Assembly (NCBI GenBank): GCA_964427105.1
Contig: CAYRSY010000001.1
Coordinates: 1-55,237, forward strand
Direction: 5' to 3'
DNA from: an uncultured Dehalococcoidales bacterium
GTDB taxonomy: Bacteria > Chloroflexota > Dehalococcoidia > Dehalococcoidales > UBA1222
DNA: 55,237 bases
Positions 10,423 through 19,738 of this stretch are shown piece by piece; within the stretch, counting starts at the first letter, position 1, and every line of letters starts with the position of its first letter. Both the position numbers and the translations under genes were made by a program. Below the pieces are notes generated by a model. It did not search any database. It saw nothing but the letters and a program-made list of their open reading frames with translations, and was not told the DNA's origin.

Positions 10423-10589
10423 CGTCTAAATAGGGAGTTGCATTTATTGCCAAAAGCAATATCGCCAACTCTAATCTAAAATTTAGATAAGGAGGATGAA
10501 AGTAAAAATAACCTGTTAATGGAACATTTGCGACTTTGTAGTTTAGTTATATGTATATACACAGGTAAATGAACACAAAGGAGATGAGA

Positions 10590-12290
10590 ATGACCAAAAT
10601 AAACAATTCAGGTTTTACAAGAAGGGATTTTCTTAAAACAACAGGAACTCTGGGAATGCTGGCAGCAGCAGGCAGCGCAATTTCCCTCAGCCCCTTTGCA
10701 GCAGGCTGCACGCAGGGGCAGCCATCCGGCTCACAGGAGTTTACCGTCAATCTTTCGGGTGAACCCGAAACCATCGACCCCAATCTTTCCTCATGGGCGG
10801 CATCCCGCTCCGTTATTATGAGATGTTTCGAAGGCCTTTTTTCCTTCACCAAGGACCTTGAACTTACGCCTGCCGCAGCCTCTGTGATCCCGACTACAGG
10901 GAACGGCGGAATTTCATCTGACGGCCTGACCTATACCTTCAAGCTAAACAGCAAAGTCACATGGAGCGACGGGCAGAAGGTCACGGCAGACGACTTCGTA
11001 TATGGCATCAAGCGCATGCTCGATCCCAATAACGCAGCAGAATATGCCTCATTCTATTATGACATTGTAGGCGCCGAGGCCTACAACAGCTCAGCCGACA
11101 AAGACGCCGCCACCCAGGCATCTCTCAGGAATGCGGTGGCTGTCAAAGCAGTGGATGATACCACGCTCGAGATCAAACTGGCTCAAGCCCGTCCCACCTT
11201 CCTTTCCCTGATGGCGCTGTGGCCGGCTTACCCCGCCCGCGAGGATATCATCTCGGCCAACGGAGATACGTGGACCGAACCCGCAACCTATATCGGCAAC
11301 GGTCCGTGGATATTAACCGAATGGGCACATCAGGACCACCTGACATTTGAGCCCAATGAAAACTACTGGGGCACCAAGCCCAAACTAACCAAGATAACTT
11401 ACAAAATGGTAACCGACGCCAACGCCGCGTGGGCTGCTTATCAAAACGGCGAACTGGATGTTAGTGCGCCTCCTTCCGGAACTGAAAAAACCGTTATGGA
11501 AGATGATTCTCTTAAGCCGGAAATAGTGCGCTATAACGAATTGACCACCTTCGCCTTCCAGTTCAATGTCAGCAAGGCCCCGTTCGATAACAAGACCCTG
11601 CGTCAGGCGCTTTCATGCGCTTTCGACCGCCAGGCCTATATAGATCAGGTTAGAGGCGGCGTGGGCAAGGTTGCCCTCTCCTGGGTGCCTCCCGGCATGC
11701 CAGGCTACAACGCTGAAATCGGAAAAGAATACGATTTCAATCCTACCAAAGCCAAACAACTTCTGGCCGATGCGGGTTATCCCAACGGGGCGGGGCTGCC
11801 GGAACTCAAGTTCCAGTATGCCAACGTAGGCTCCAACCCCAACCTGGCGCAACTGCTTCAGGCGCAACTCAAGGACAACCTGGGAATTAACCTTACGCTG
11901 GAACCCATGGAATCCGCCGCTTTCAGCGCGCTGGTAAATTCGGAAGAGGAAACCTGGGCATTCTTCGGCTGGGGCGCCGATTACCCCGATCCCGACAACT
12001 GGCTGCCCGAGCTGTTCGGCACCGGCGCCGGCAACAATCACACCACCTACTCCAATCCGGATTTCGACGAACTGGCCGCCAAAGCCAAGAAGGAACTGGA
12101 TAACGACAAACGTCTGGAGATGTGGGATGAAGCGCAGGCAATGGTATTCGAAGATGCGCCGATCATGACCGTGTTCTACAGAGAGCGCTTTGTCCTGGTT
12201 AAACCTTACGTAAAGGGTTTCACCACCACCGGTATGGACGGACAAATCGCCGGCGACGTTTTCTACGAGAACATAACTATAGACAAGTAG
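10590..12290 (+). CDS. ABC transporter substrate-binding lipoprotein, family 5 (peptide/nickel, Opp/Dpp type) with twin-arginine signal
   Basis: TRRDFLKTTG twin-arginine motif, hydrophobic region, FAAGC lipobox, then a family-5 SBP body (about 570 aa). The ORF opens at ATG 10569, but AAGGAG (10578..10583) with a 6-nt spacer favours ATG 10590. Confidence 0.88.
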   Translation: MTKINNSGFTRRDFLKTTGTLGMLAAAGSAISLSPFAAGCTQGQPSGSQEFTVNLSGEPETIDPNLSSWAASRSVIMRCFEGLFSFTKDLELTPAAASVIPTTGNGGISSDGLTYTFKLNSKVTWSDGQKVTADDFVYGIKRMLDPNNAAEYASFYYDIVGAEAYNSSADKDAATQASLRNAVAVKAVDDTTLEIKLAQARPTFLSLMALWPAYPAREDIISANGDTWTEPATYIGNGPWILTEWAHQDHLTFEPNENYWGTKPKLTKITYKMVTDANAAWAAYQNGELDVSAPPSGTEKTVMEDDSLKPEIVRYNELTTFAFQFNVSKAPFDNKTLRQALSCAFDRQAYIDQVRGGVGKVALSWVPPGMPGYNAEIGKEYDFNPTKAKQLLADAGYPNGAGLPELKFQYANVGSNPNLAQLLQAQLKDNLGINLTLEPMESAAFSALVNSEEETWAFFGWGADYPDPDNWLPELFGTGAGNNHTTYSNPDFDELAAKAKKELDNDKRLEMWDEAQAMVFEDAPIMTVFYRERFVLVKPYVKGFTTTGMDGQIAGDVFYENITIDK

Positions 12291-12377
12291 TAATTCCCGA
12301 AGAAACGACAAAAAAACAAATGCAGGGGGTTTCGGCAAAAACCCGGCCCCCTGCATACTAAAATTCAGGTTATTATT

Positions 12378-13295
12378 ATGATTAGATACGTCATCCGGCG
12401 ATTATTGTGGACTGGGCTTGGCCTCCTGGTGGTGGCATTCATCACTTTTTCCCTGATGCACCTTGTGCCCGGCGGACCGTGGGATAAACAAAAGGAACTG
12501 GATCCACAGGTCATTGAAAACCTGAATAAAAAATATGGGCTGGACAAGCCCTTTTATGAACAATTCGTCAATTATGTATGGAATGCCGTGCGCGGCGACC
12601 TGGGCGTATCCTATCAGTATCAGGACCGAAGCGTTACCGATATAATAATGCAAGGTTTTCCAGTGACAGCTACTCTTGGCATCACCGCTTTTATCCTCGC
12701 CATTCTGATAGGATTGCCTCTGGGCATGACTGCCGCACTTAAACAAAACTCTATTATCGATTATACTTCGGTGATTTTCGCCACCGTTTTTGCCAGTATC
12801 CCGAGCTTTGTGCTGGGAATATTCCTGGTAATTATATTTGCCGTTCAGTTACACTGGTTGCCCACAGGCGGGTGGGGCAGCATACGTCAGATAATCTTGC
12901 CGGCTTTTGCCCTGGCGGCATTGCCAGCAGCCTACATCGCACGCATAAGCCGCGCTTCTGTTCTTGACGTCATAAGGCAGGATTATGTGCGCACTGCCCG
13001 CGCCAAGGGACTGGCTGAACGAGTTGTCCTGTCGCGGCATATATTACGTAATGCCCTGATACCTGTCACAACTATCGCGGGGCCGGAATTCGCCGGACTT
13101 ATCTCAGGTTCCTTTATTATAGAAAGCCTGTTTTCCATTCCCGGCATCGGCCGTCTTTTCGTATTGGGAGTTAACGCCCGTGATTACGGCTTAATCATGG
13201 GAACAGTGCTCTTTTACGCATTTGCGGTTGCGATAGTCAATCTGGCTGTGGATATTCTATACGGGGCCATAGACCCAAGGATTCGTTATGAATAA
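12378..13295 (+). CDS. ABC transporter permease (OppB/DppB type)
   Basis: 305 aa with about 6 TM segments. N-terminus YVIRRLLW...LVVAFITF and the BPD-transporter EAA-like loop RTARAKGL are typical of OppB/DppB. Confidence 0.9.
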   Translation: MIRYVIRRLLWTGLGLLVVAFITFSLMHLVPGGPWDKQKELDPQVIENLNKKYGLDKPFYEQFVNYVWNAVRGDLGVSYQYQDRSVTDIIMQGFPVTATLGITAFILAILIGLPLGMTAALKQNSIIDYTSVIFATVFASIPSFVLGIFLVIIFAVQLHWLPTGGWGSIRQIILPAFALAALPAAYIARISRASVLDVIRQDYVRTARAKGLAERVVLSRHILRNALIPVTTIAGPEFAGLISGSFIIESLFSIPGIGRLFVLGVNARDYGLIMGTVLFYAFAVAIVNLAVDILYGAIDPRIRYE

Positions 13296-14217
13296 CGCTG
13301 CTGCTCAATCGCCAATAGTAGAACCGTCACAGGTCTGCCAGACCAGGCCACATCACACCCTGTGGGGCGATGCCTGGGTAAGGTTAAGACGCAACAAGCT
13401 GGCAGTGGTGGGAGCTATAATAATTTTAATCGTAGCGCTGGCGGCAATCTTCGCGCCATTAATTACGAAATATGACTTCTCGTATACCGACCTTAACGCC
13501 GTGCTGTCGCCACCCACTGCTGAACACTGGCTGGGAACGGACGATCTGGGAAGAGATACTTTCGCCCGCATGCTCTACGGCGCGCGAACTTCTCTGGCTG
13601 TCGGCATATTTACGCAATTTATCGTAGTATTGATAGGATTGCCTATAGGGGCATTCGCCGGCTCTATGGGAGGGCGGGTCGATAACCTGCTGATGCGTTT
13701 CGTGGATATCATGTACGGCTTTCCTGATATCCTGCTAATTATATTATTGAGCGCTGTGCTTAGAGGTTCAGCTTTCGCCAAGGTTGGAGGCGGATTGTTC
13801 GTCATGTTCCTGGCAATCGGCCTTGTGGCATGGGTCAACGTCGCCCGTCTTGTCCGGGGGCAAATCCTTTCCCTGAAAGAGCGCGATTTTATCACAGCAG
13901 CCCGCGCCATGGGCGGCACCAGCCGTTACACCACATTCAGGCACCTCCTCCCTAATGCCCTCGGCCCCATTATAGTAGCGATTACGTTCGGAATTCCCCG
14001 CGCTATATTTGCCGAAGCAGCTTTAAGCTATATAGGCATAGGTATTACTCCGCCAAATCCCAGCTGGGGAGCCATGATTCAAAGCGGTTACAATGTTATA
14101 TTCGCATCCCCATACGCGGTTATTGTTCCGGCTGCTGCAATTGCAGTACTGATGCTGGCTTTTACTTTCCTGGGAGACGGTCTGCGCGACGCGCTTGATC
14201 CAAGATTGAGAAGATAA
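13288..14217 (+). CDS. ABC transporter permease (OppC/DppC type)
   Basis: 309 aa; HWLGTDDLGRD motif and FITAARAMG EAA loop typical of OppC/DppC; 8-nt overlap with the preceding permease gene. Confidence 0.9.
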   Translation: MNNAAAQSPIVEPSQVCQTRPHHTLWGDAWVRLRRNKLAVVGAIIILIVALAAIFAPLITKYDFSYTDLNAVLSPPTAEHWLGTDDLGRDTFARMLYGARTSLAVGIFTQFIVVLIGLPIGAFAGSMGGRVDNLLMRFVDIMYGFPDILLIILLSAVLRGSAFAKVGGGLFVMFLAIGLVAWVNVARLVRGQILSLKERDFITAARAMGGTSRYTTFRHLLPNALGPIIVAITFGIPRAIFAEAALSYIGIGITPPNPSWGAMIQSGYNVIFASPYAVIVPAAAIAVLMLAFTFLGDGLRDALDPRLRR

Positions 14218-14218
14218 T

Positions 14219-15211
14219 ATGACATTATTGGACGTAAACAATCTGGTAACCCATTTTTACACCCAGGACGGCGTCGTTAAAGCAGTCAACGGCGTATCGT
14301 TTTATGTCAACAAAGGCGAGACTGTAGCCATCGTAGGAGAAAGCGGCTGCGGCAAATCCGTGACATCATTATCAATACTGCGTTTGATAGCGCAACCGGC
14401 AGGCAAGATCCTTTCGGGTGAAATCCTTCTGGACGGCACTAACCTGCTTGAATTATCCAACGAGGATATGCGCAAAGTACGCGGCGCACGCATTTCAATG
14501 ATATTCCAGGAACCCATGAGTTCGCTTAACCCAGTTCTGACCATAGGACGTCAGATGACCGAACAGCTTGAGCTTCACCGCCATCTCGAACACGAGGAAG
14601 CCACCAAAGAAGCCATTAATTTATTAAAACTGGTTGGCATCCCCCATGCAGAAAGCAGAGTGAAGGATTATCCGCATCATTTCAGCGGCGGCATGCGCCA
14701 GCGGGTTATGATAGCCATGGCGATCTCCTGCAAACCGCAACTGGTTATCGCAGATGAGCCTACCACGGCCGTAGATGTCACCATCCAGTCCCAGCTGCTG
14801 GAGCTTATACGGGGCATAACGGATGAAATGGGGATGTCGCTCATACTTATTACCCATAATCTTGGAGTAGTAGCCAGATATGCACAGCGAGTTTATGTCA
14901 TGTATGCAGGCATAGTGGTAGAGCATGGGAGAGCACTCGAAGTGTATCATCATCCCCTTCACCCATACACTTCAGGACTTCTGGCTTCAGTGCCAAGGCT
15001 GGATGAACCGCGCAAGTCACGGCTGGCTCCCATCGAAGGCCAGCCGCCGGATATGTTATGCCCGCCGGAAGGCTGTCCTTTCCAGCCGCGCTGCAGCTAT
15101 TCGCTACCCAGATGTATAACAGATAAACCAGAACTGACAGAAACCACGCCCGGTCATTTTTCAGCCTGCTGGGTGGCTGCCGGCGGAGAGAAACCATGGC
15201 AGAAGAAATAA
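14219..15211 (+). CDS. ABC transporter ATP-binding protein (OppD/DppD type)
   Basis: Walker A GESGCGKS, signature FSGGMRQR, Walker [10 protein letters not shown], and a C-terminal oligopeptide-type extension with HPYT and a Cys-containing tail. Confidence 0.92.
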   Translation: MTLLDVNNLVTHFYTQDGVVKAVNGVSFYVNKGETVAIVGESGCGKSVTSLSILRLIAQPAGKILSGEILLDGTNLLELSNEDMRKVRGARISMIFQEPMSSLNPVLTIGRQMTEQLELHRHLEHEEATKEAINLLKLVGIPHAESRVKDYPHHFSGGMRQRVMIAMAISCKPQLVIADEPTTAVDVTIQSQLLELIRGITDEMGMSLILITHNLGVVARYAQRVYVMYAGIVVEHGRALEVYHHPLHPYTSGLLASVPRLDEPRKSRLAPIEGQPPDMLCPPEGCPFQPRCSYSLPRCITDKPELTETTPGHFSACWVAAGGEKPWQKK

Positions 15212-16188
15212 TCGTTGAAATAAATAATCTCACCAAATACTTCCCGATAACTTCAGGGCTGTTCTTAAAGAAAAAAATAGCCGATGTGAGAGCGGTTGAC
15301 GGCGTAACCTTCGCCATTCACAAAGGGGAGACACTGGGACTGGTGGGTGAAAGCGGCTGCGGCAAGACAACTATAGGAAAGTGCGTCCTGCAACTGCATC
15401 GCCCAACTTCCGGCGAAGTAATATTTCAGGGTAAAAATCTCTGTGAGTTAAATGAAAACCAGCTACGCCCTTTGCGCCGCAAGCTTCAGGTTATATTCCA
15501 GGACCCATATGACTCGCTCAATCCAAGGTTCACTGCCGCAGATATTATCGGTGAACCGTTGCAGATAAACAGCGACGTACGTGGAAAGGAATTCGACACG
15601 CGCATTGCCGAACTGCTTAAAATAGTAGGGCTGGCGCCATATATGGCGGACCGCTATCCGCATGAATTCAGCGGCGGTCAGAGGCAGCGGCTGGGAGTAG
15701 CCAGAGCCCTGGCCCTGCAGCCAGAATTCATAGTTTGCGATGAGCCGCTTTCCGCGCTTGACGTTTCCATCCAGGCGCAGATAATAAACCTTCTGGATGA
15801 GCTGCAGGATAAATTCGGCATAGCTTATCTTTTCATATCACATGACCTTTCTGTAGTGCGCCATATCAGCGACCGTGTGGGAGTTATGTACCTCGGAAAA
15901 ATGATGGAGCTGGCAGACCGTGATGAAATCTATAAATCGCCATTGCATCCTTACACCAATGCTCTGCTGTCAGCCGTCCCCATCCCTGACCCGGCAGTGG
16001 AAGCCAAGCGTGAAATAATCGTGCTCAAAGGCGAAGTTCCCAGCCCTATCAACCCTCCTTCAGGGTGCGTATTTCACCCCAGATGCCCCAAAGCATTCGA
16101 AGAGTGTTCCAGAGTCATGCCTCTGCTTGAGGATACAGGAAGCGGACATCATGTCGCCTGCCTCCTTTACAAAACATCTTGGCCATAA
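15196..16188 (+). CDS. ABC transporter ATP-binding protein (OppF/DppF type)
   Basis: Walker A GESGCGKTT, signature FSGGQRQR, Walker B FIVCDEPLSALD, C-terminal HPYT...PSGCVFHPRCP tail; 16-nt overlap with the upstream ATPase gene. Confidence 0.92.
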   Translation: MAEEIIVEINNLTKYFPITSGLFLKKKIADVRAVDGVTFAIHKGETLGLVGESGCGKTTIGKCVLQLHRPTSGEVIFQGKNLCELNENQLRPLRRKLQVIFQDPYDSLNPRFTAADIIGEPLQINSDVRGKEFDTRIAELLKIVGLAPYMADRYPHEFSGGQRQRLGVARALALQPEFIVCDEPLSALDVSIQAQIINLLDELQDKFGIAYLFISHDLSVVRHISDRVGVMYLGKMMELADRDEIYKSPLHPYTNALLSAVPIPDPAVEAKREIIVLKGEVPSPINPPSGCVFHPRCPKAFEECSRVMPLLEDTGSGHHVACLLYKTSWP

Positions 16189-17120
16189 ACAGTATTATGT
16201 CAGCGCTAGTTTCAGAGCTGATAAGATTTCTGGAGATAAACAGATGCAAGTCCAGGGTAATCCCGATTACGCATCTGCCGCAAATCGAATCAAGCATACA
16301 CGATTTGAAATTATCGGGCGCGATTAAGGGCGATTTTTATCCCGAAATTACCAGGCACTACGACTTCAATTATAAAAATACGTTCCCGCATGCCAACTCT
16401 ATTATTATAACCGCCTCCCCTCAACCACCGACCCGTGTCTTTTTCGGTGGTCATGCCGTTATTATCCCTCCGACTTATATTTATTCAGATATCTGTCAGA
16501 CGCAACTTAGACTTGCAACGGACTTCCTTGTCCCCCTTGGATATAACGCAACCAGAGCCAGACTGCCGCTTAAAACCATCGCTGTCCGTAGCGGGCTTGG
16601 TAAATACGGCCGCAATAACATCTGTTATATTCCAGGCATAGGCAGTTTTTTTCGTCTGGGAGCATTCTATTCAGACCTGCCCTGCAAGGAGGATGGATGG
16701 AATGATCCTGTATTGATGAAATCATGCCTGACATGCAGGAATTGCGCAGATAAATGCCCCACCAATTGCATCTCAAGCGAGGGTTTTGTTATACGCGCGG
16801 ACAGATGCCTTACTCATTTCAACGAGAGCGAAAACACGCTGCCAGACTGGATAGATTCCATGTGGCACAACGCTCTGCTTGGATGCATGATATGTCAGGA
16901 AGTATGTCCCGTAAACAAAAAGCTGCTGAATAAAACGCAGGAATCAACCATATCATTCAACAAAGCCGAGACAGATAAAATTCTTTCAGGGGTAGAGTTA
17001 CAAAAACTTGGCGCAACCACTATCGCCAAGCTAGAATCGCTTTGCCTGGCCGACAGCGATATCTATCCGCTGTTAAGACGCAACCTGAAGTTGCTGATGA
17101 GCAAAAACCCAGCCAGCTAA
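16179..17120 (+). CDS. Short QueG-like (epoxyqueuosine reductase / reductive dehalogenase superfamily) protein with two 4Fe-4S motifs
   Basis: LPLKTIAVRSGLGKYGRNN, CLTCRNCADKCP (16725..16760), RCLTHFNES, GCMICQEVCPVN (16884..16910) parallel the conserved QueG blocks. The track start 16179 is TTG (10-nt overlap with the ATPase gene). ATG 16197 is an alternative start. No signal peptide. Confidence 0.65.
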   Translation: MAINSIMSALVSELIRFLEINRCKSRVIPITHLPQIESSIHDLKLSGAIKGDFYPEITRHYDFNYKNTFPHANSIIITASPQPPTRVFFGGHAVIIPPTYIYSDICQTQLRLATDFLVPLGYNATRARLPLKTIAVRSGLGKYGRNNICYIPGIGSFFRLGAFYSDLPCKEDGWNDPVLMKSCLTCRNCADKCPTNCISSEGFVIRADRCLTHFNESENTLPDWIDSMWHNALLGCMICQEVCPVNKKLLNKTQESTISFNKAETDKILSGVELQKLGATTIAKLESLCLADSDIYPLLRRNLKLLMSKNPAS

Positions 17121-17278
17121 GCCTTCTGCAGTTATACAGGCTGTCGTTAATCTATGGATTCAACCAACGGTGGACTGTATAATAGTCAATGAACTGGGTT
17201 AATCGCGCCAGCGGTCAGACCTGGTAAATACGAATAAACGCTCGACAGCCCTAAGACCGGAGGATTGGCACGAGAGAT

Positions 17279-17743
17279 ATGCCTGAATACAAGATCCCGC
17301 CCAAACGCGATAAAAGAATGTTCGCTGTAATCGGCGTAATTTTAGCCTTTACCGCGATCATGGGATTGTTGTTCCTGCCTGTCAACCTGGCCGGCGCCCT
17401 GTTTTTATTCGGCATCACCCTTTTTCTGACGCTTCTGTTCTGGGCAACGCTGCCCCGGCATTACCTTATTTATTCCGACTGCATGGTTATCAGGCTCGGC
17501 GGACCTTTTACATTCAAGGCTGCACTACAGAGCATACATAGTGTGAAACCGGCCAAGCCGGACGACACAATCAGTTACGCAGGGCTGAAGTTCGTCACAG
17601 CTTTCTCCGGCGGAGTAGAAATTATCAGGAATAACGGCAGGAGTCTGATAATTACGCCAGAACAACCCGATGCGTTCATCAAACATCTTGACGAGGCACT
17701 CAGGTTTTATTCTAACAAAGCAAACGGGATGCATGTTCATTAA
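17279..17743 (+). CDS. Small membrane protein with two N-terminal TM helices and a bacterial PH-like (DUF304-type) domain
   Basis: 154 aa; basic N-terminus, two hydrophobic helices, then YLIYSDCMVIRLGG...SIHSV pattern resembling membrane-anchored bPH domains. A TATAAT box sits at 17178..17183 upstream. Confidence 0.55.
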   Translation: MPEYKIPPKRDKRMFAVIGVILAFTAIMGLLFLPVNLAGALFLFGITLFLTLLFWATLPRHYLIYSDCMVIRLGGPFTFKAALQSIHSVKPAKPDDTISYAGLKFVTAFSGGVEIIRNNGRSLIITPEQPDAFIKHLDEALRFYSNKANGMHVH

Positions 17744-17836
17744 ATTCTTACTGATATGGGGTTTACCGCCTTAATATCAGTAGAGCAGCCTGTCAGTAAA
17801 ACAAGACGGATATTCAACTGCACATCGTTATAAATC

Positions 17837-17865
17837 TTGACCTTATAAGCGCGTGATGCTAAATT
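17837..17865 (+). promoter_or_regulatory. Candidate promoter of tRNA-Arg
   Basis: TTGACC (17837..17842), 17-nt spacer, TAAATT (17860..17865), about 16 nt before the mature tRNA 5' end. Confidence 0.5.
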
Positions 17866-17881
17866 ATGAAGACAAAATCAT

Positions 17882-17958
17882 GTCCCTGTAGCTCAGCTGG
17901 ACAGAGCAGCTGCCTTCTAAGCAGCGGGTCGAGAGTTCGAATCTCTCCAGGGACGCCA
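17882..17958 (+). tRNA. tRNA-Arg (anticodon TCT), CCA encoded
   Basis: Manual cloverleaf: acceptor GTCCCTG/CAGGGAC, D stem GCTC/GAGC, anticodon stem GCTGC/GCAGC with loop CTTCTAA, T arm GAGAG-TTCGAAT-CTCTC, discriminator G, then CCA. Confidence 0.93.
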
Positions 17959-18352
17959 TCCCTAAATCGGCAGGCTGTGTCCTGATAAATACAATCTAAA
18001 GTATCAGCTACTTTGGCAGCTGCCAGCCTGACTCAGGGTAGCATGAGGTGTTTACACTGTCGTCTGCGTCATTATTCTCTGGCAGAGTTGATGCCGGACA
18101 GTCATCAGGATAGCTAATCGAGAAGCCACCATCCTGATACTCAAATCTTTTCCGCCAATCATGACGTGAGTCTGTCAGCAGATTTTCGTATTTACCCCAT
18201 CAATGCAACGAATACCAGGTCATTATTGCATCTTTCCAGGCTGAACAAGCCCCTCCGCATGAAATAACTGATACCCGCGGATGACTGCGGACAGCTTTCT
18301 TTATTCAAAACACAAATGATATACTTACGCAAAATAACCAGGGAGCATCCGC

Positions 18353-19609
18353 ATGAAAACACCGGAAATCAATAAAGGTGAAAATTATATCGGACTCGCA
18401 GAAGCGCAATCCATAGTAATGGAAAACACCAACAACCGGAAGACGGAGATACGGCCATTGTCATCATGCACCGGTTATGTAAGCGCGGAAGATATAATAG
18501 CCAGCGTAAGCAGCCCCACGGATGACGCATCTCTAAAGGACGGCTTTGCTGTCAAGTCCCGCGATGTAGCATACGCAACTTTCCAGAATCCCGTAAAATT
18601 AACCCTGCGCGGTTCTGGATTTGCCGGAGCAAGCTACCAGGGCGATATGGACAATGGACAAGCAGTTAAAATCTGTTCAGGGTCACTGATGCCTGCCGGC
18701 ACCGATGCAGTAGTCGTGGCTGAACTATGCGAGGAAAAAAACGGTGAAGTCCTGGTGAAAGATAGCGTAGAGGCAGGGAAAAATATTTTACGCTCAGGGG
18801 AAGATATCAAGGCCGGGGCATGCGTCTTTGAAAAAGACCAGGTTCTTCTGCCTGCCCATCAGAGTCTTATAGCAGCCGCCGGTATTAGCCGGTTATCTGT
18901 TTACCGCAAACCCAGTGTTGCTATAATTGCAGCGGGGAATGAGCTTATTGCTCCCGGGGAGAAGATTAAACCAGGCCAGCTTTACGCCAGCAACTCCATC
19001 AATCTGGGGGCATGGTTATCACACTTCAATATTCCTTACGTAAGCACTATAACTATCGATGATAAAGAGTTAATCAAAAATAAAATGCTGGATTATTCCA
19101 GTGAGGCCGATGTCATCCTGACGTGCGGAGGAGCATGGGAAAGCGAACGTGATCTTATCGTCAATGTGCTGGATGATTTGGGTTGGAACAGGCTTTTCCG
19201 CCATGTGCGGATGGGGCCCGGCAAAGGCGTCAGTTTTGGGAAATGGGGAGAGAAAAGAGTATTTTGCCTGCCTGGCGGCCCTCCCAGCAACGAGATCGCA
19301 TTCATACAACTGGCATTGCCCGGTATATTGAACATAGCGGGTTTATCGGGAAGCCCGCTATGCATGTTGTCCGCAGAATTGACAGAAGATGTCAAAGGCC
19401 GAAGCCATACCTGGACAGAATTTATGCGGGCTAAACTTTCCCGTAAAGCTGACGGTCGTTATCAGGTCACTCCATTTACTGAAAAGAGCCGTTTGAAGTT
19501 TATGGCCGATACGGATTGCTTTATCCGCAAGCCTGAAGGAGTGGATCTCCTCCCCTGCGGGCAAGTAATACCCGTAGTAGTAATGAACCCTTTTTTTGTC
19601 GGACTTTAG
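18353..19609 (+). CDS. moeA: Molybdopterin molybdenumtransferase MoeA
   Basis: 418 aa; SSPTDDASLKDGFAVKS (MoeA substrate-site pattern), MPAGTDAVV, NILRSGEDI, SVAIIAAGNELIAPG, LYASNS; GGGAG RBS 8 nt upstream of the ATG. Confidence 0.88.
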   Translation: MKTPEINKGENYIGLAEAQSIVMENTNNRKTEIRPLSSCTGYVSAEDIIASVSSPTDDASLKDGFAVKSRDVAYATFQNPVKLTLRGSGFAGASYQGDMDNGQAVKICSGSLMPAGTDAVVVAELCEEKNGEVLVKDSVEAGKNILRSGEDIKAGACVFEKDQVLLPAHQSLIAAAGISRLSVYRKPSVAIIAAGNELIAPGEKIKPGQLYASNSINLGAWLSHFNIPYVSTITIDDKELIKNKMLDYSSEADVILTCGGAWESERDLIVNVLDDLGWNRLFRHVRMGPGKGVSFGKWGEKRVFCLPGGPPSNEIAFIQLALPGILNIAGLSGSPLCMLSAELTEDVKGRSHTWTEFMRAKLSRKADGRYQVTPFTEKSRLKFMADTDCFIRKPEGVDLLPCGQVIPVVVMNPFFVGL

Positions 19610-19738
19610 CTATCCATTGCAAAATAAATACGCATCAAGAGGCATTTTAAACGGCTCTATCATGAAAACCAGTGGCCGAAATGGCCGTAGTTCGATAATT
19701 AGAAGGCATCAGATATAAACGAACCATGGGATCAGGTT

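Noticed and set aside
10489-10519. TAAGGAGG followed immediately by ATG and a 7-codon mini-ORF (MKVKITC) in the ABC operon leader
   Set aside because: The Shine-Dalgarno core abuts the ATG with essentially no spacer, and the peptide is too short to assess. It could be coincidental in AT-rich DNA. It is worth a look only if ribosome profiling shows occupancy.
18043-18117. 24-codon ORF MRCLHCRLRHYSLAELMPDSHQDS with a CxxC pair downstream of the tRNA
   Set aside because: The RBS is weak (AGGGT, short spacer), conservation cannot be assessed, and the length is far below what can be supported from sequence alone.
18150-18352. Possible molybdenum-cofactor (Moco) riboswitch upstream of moeA
   Set aside because: The genomic context is right, but I could not find the conserved Moco-motif core elements as I remember them, nor a convincing multi-stem fold. 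It needs cmscan against RF01055 before any claim.
17882-18352. tRNA-Arg as attachment site of a genomic island
   Set aside because: There is no integrase gene, no duplicate of the tRNA 3' end, and the downstream genes (moeA, mobA) are ordinary housekeeping functions.
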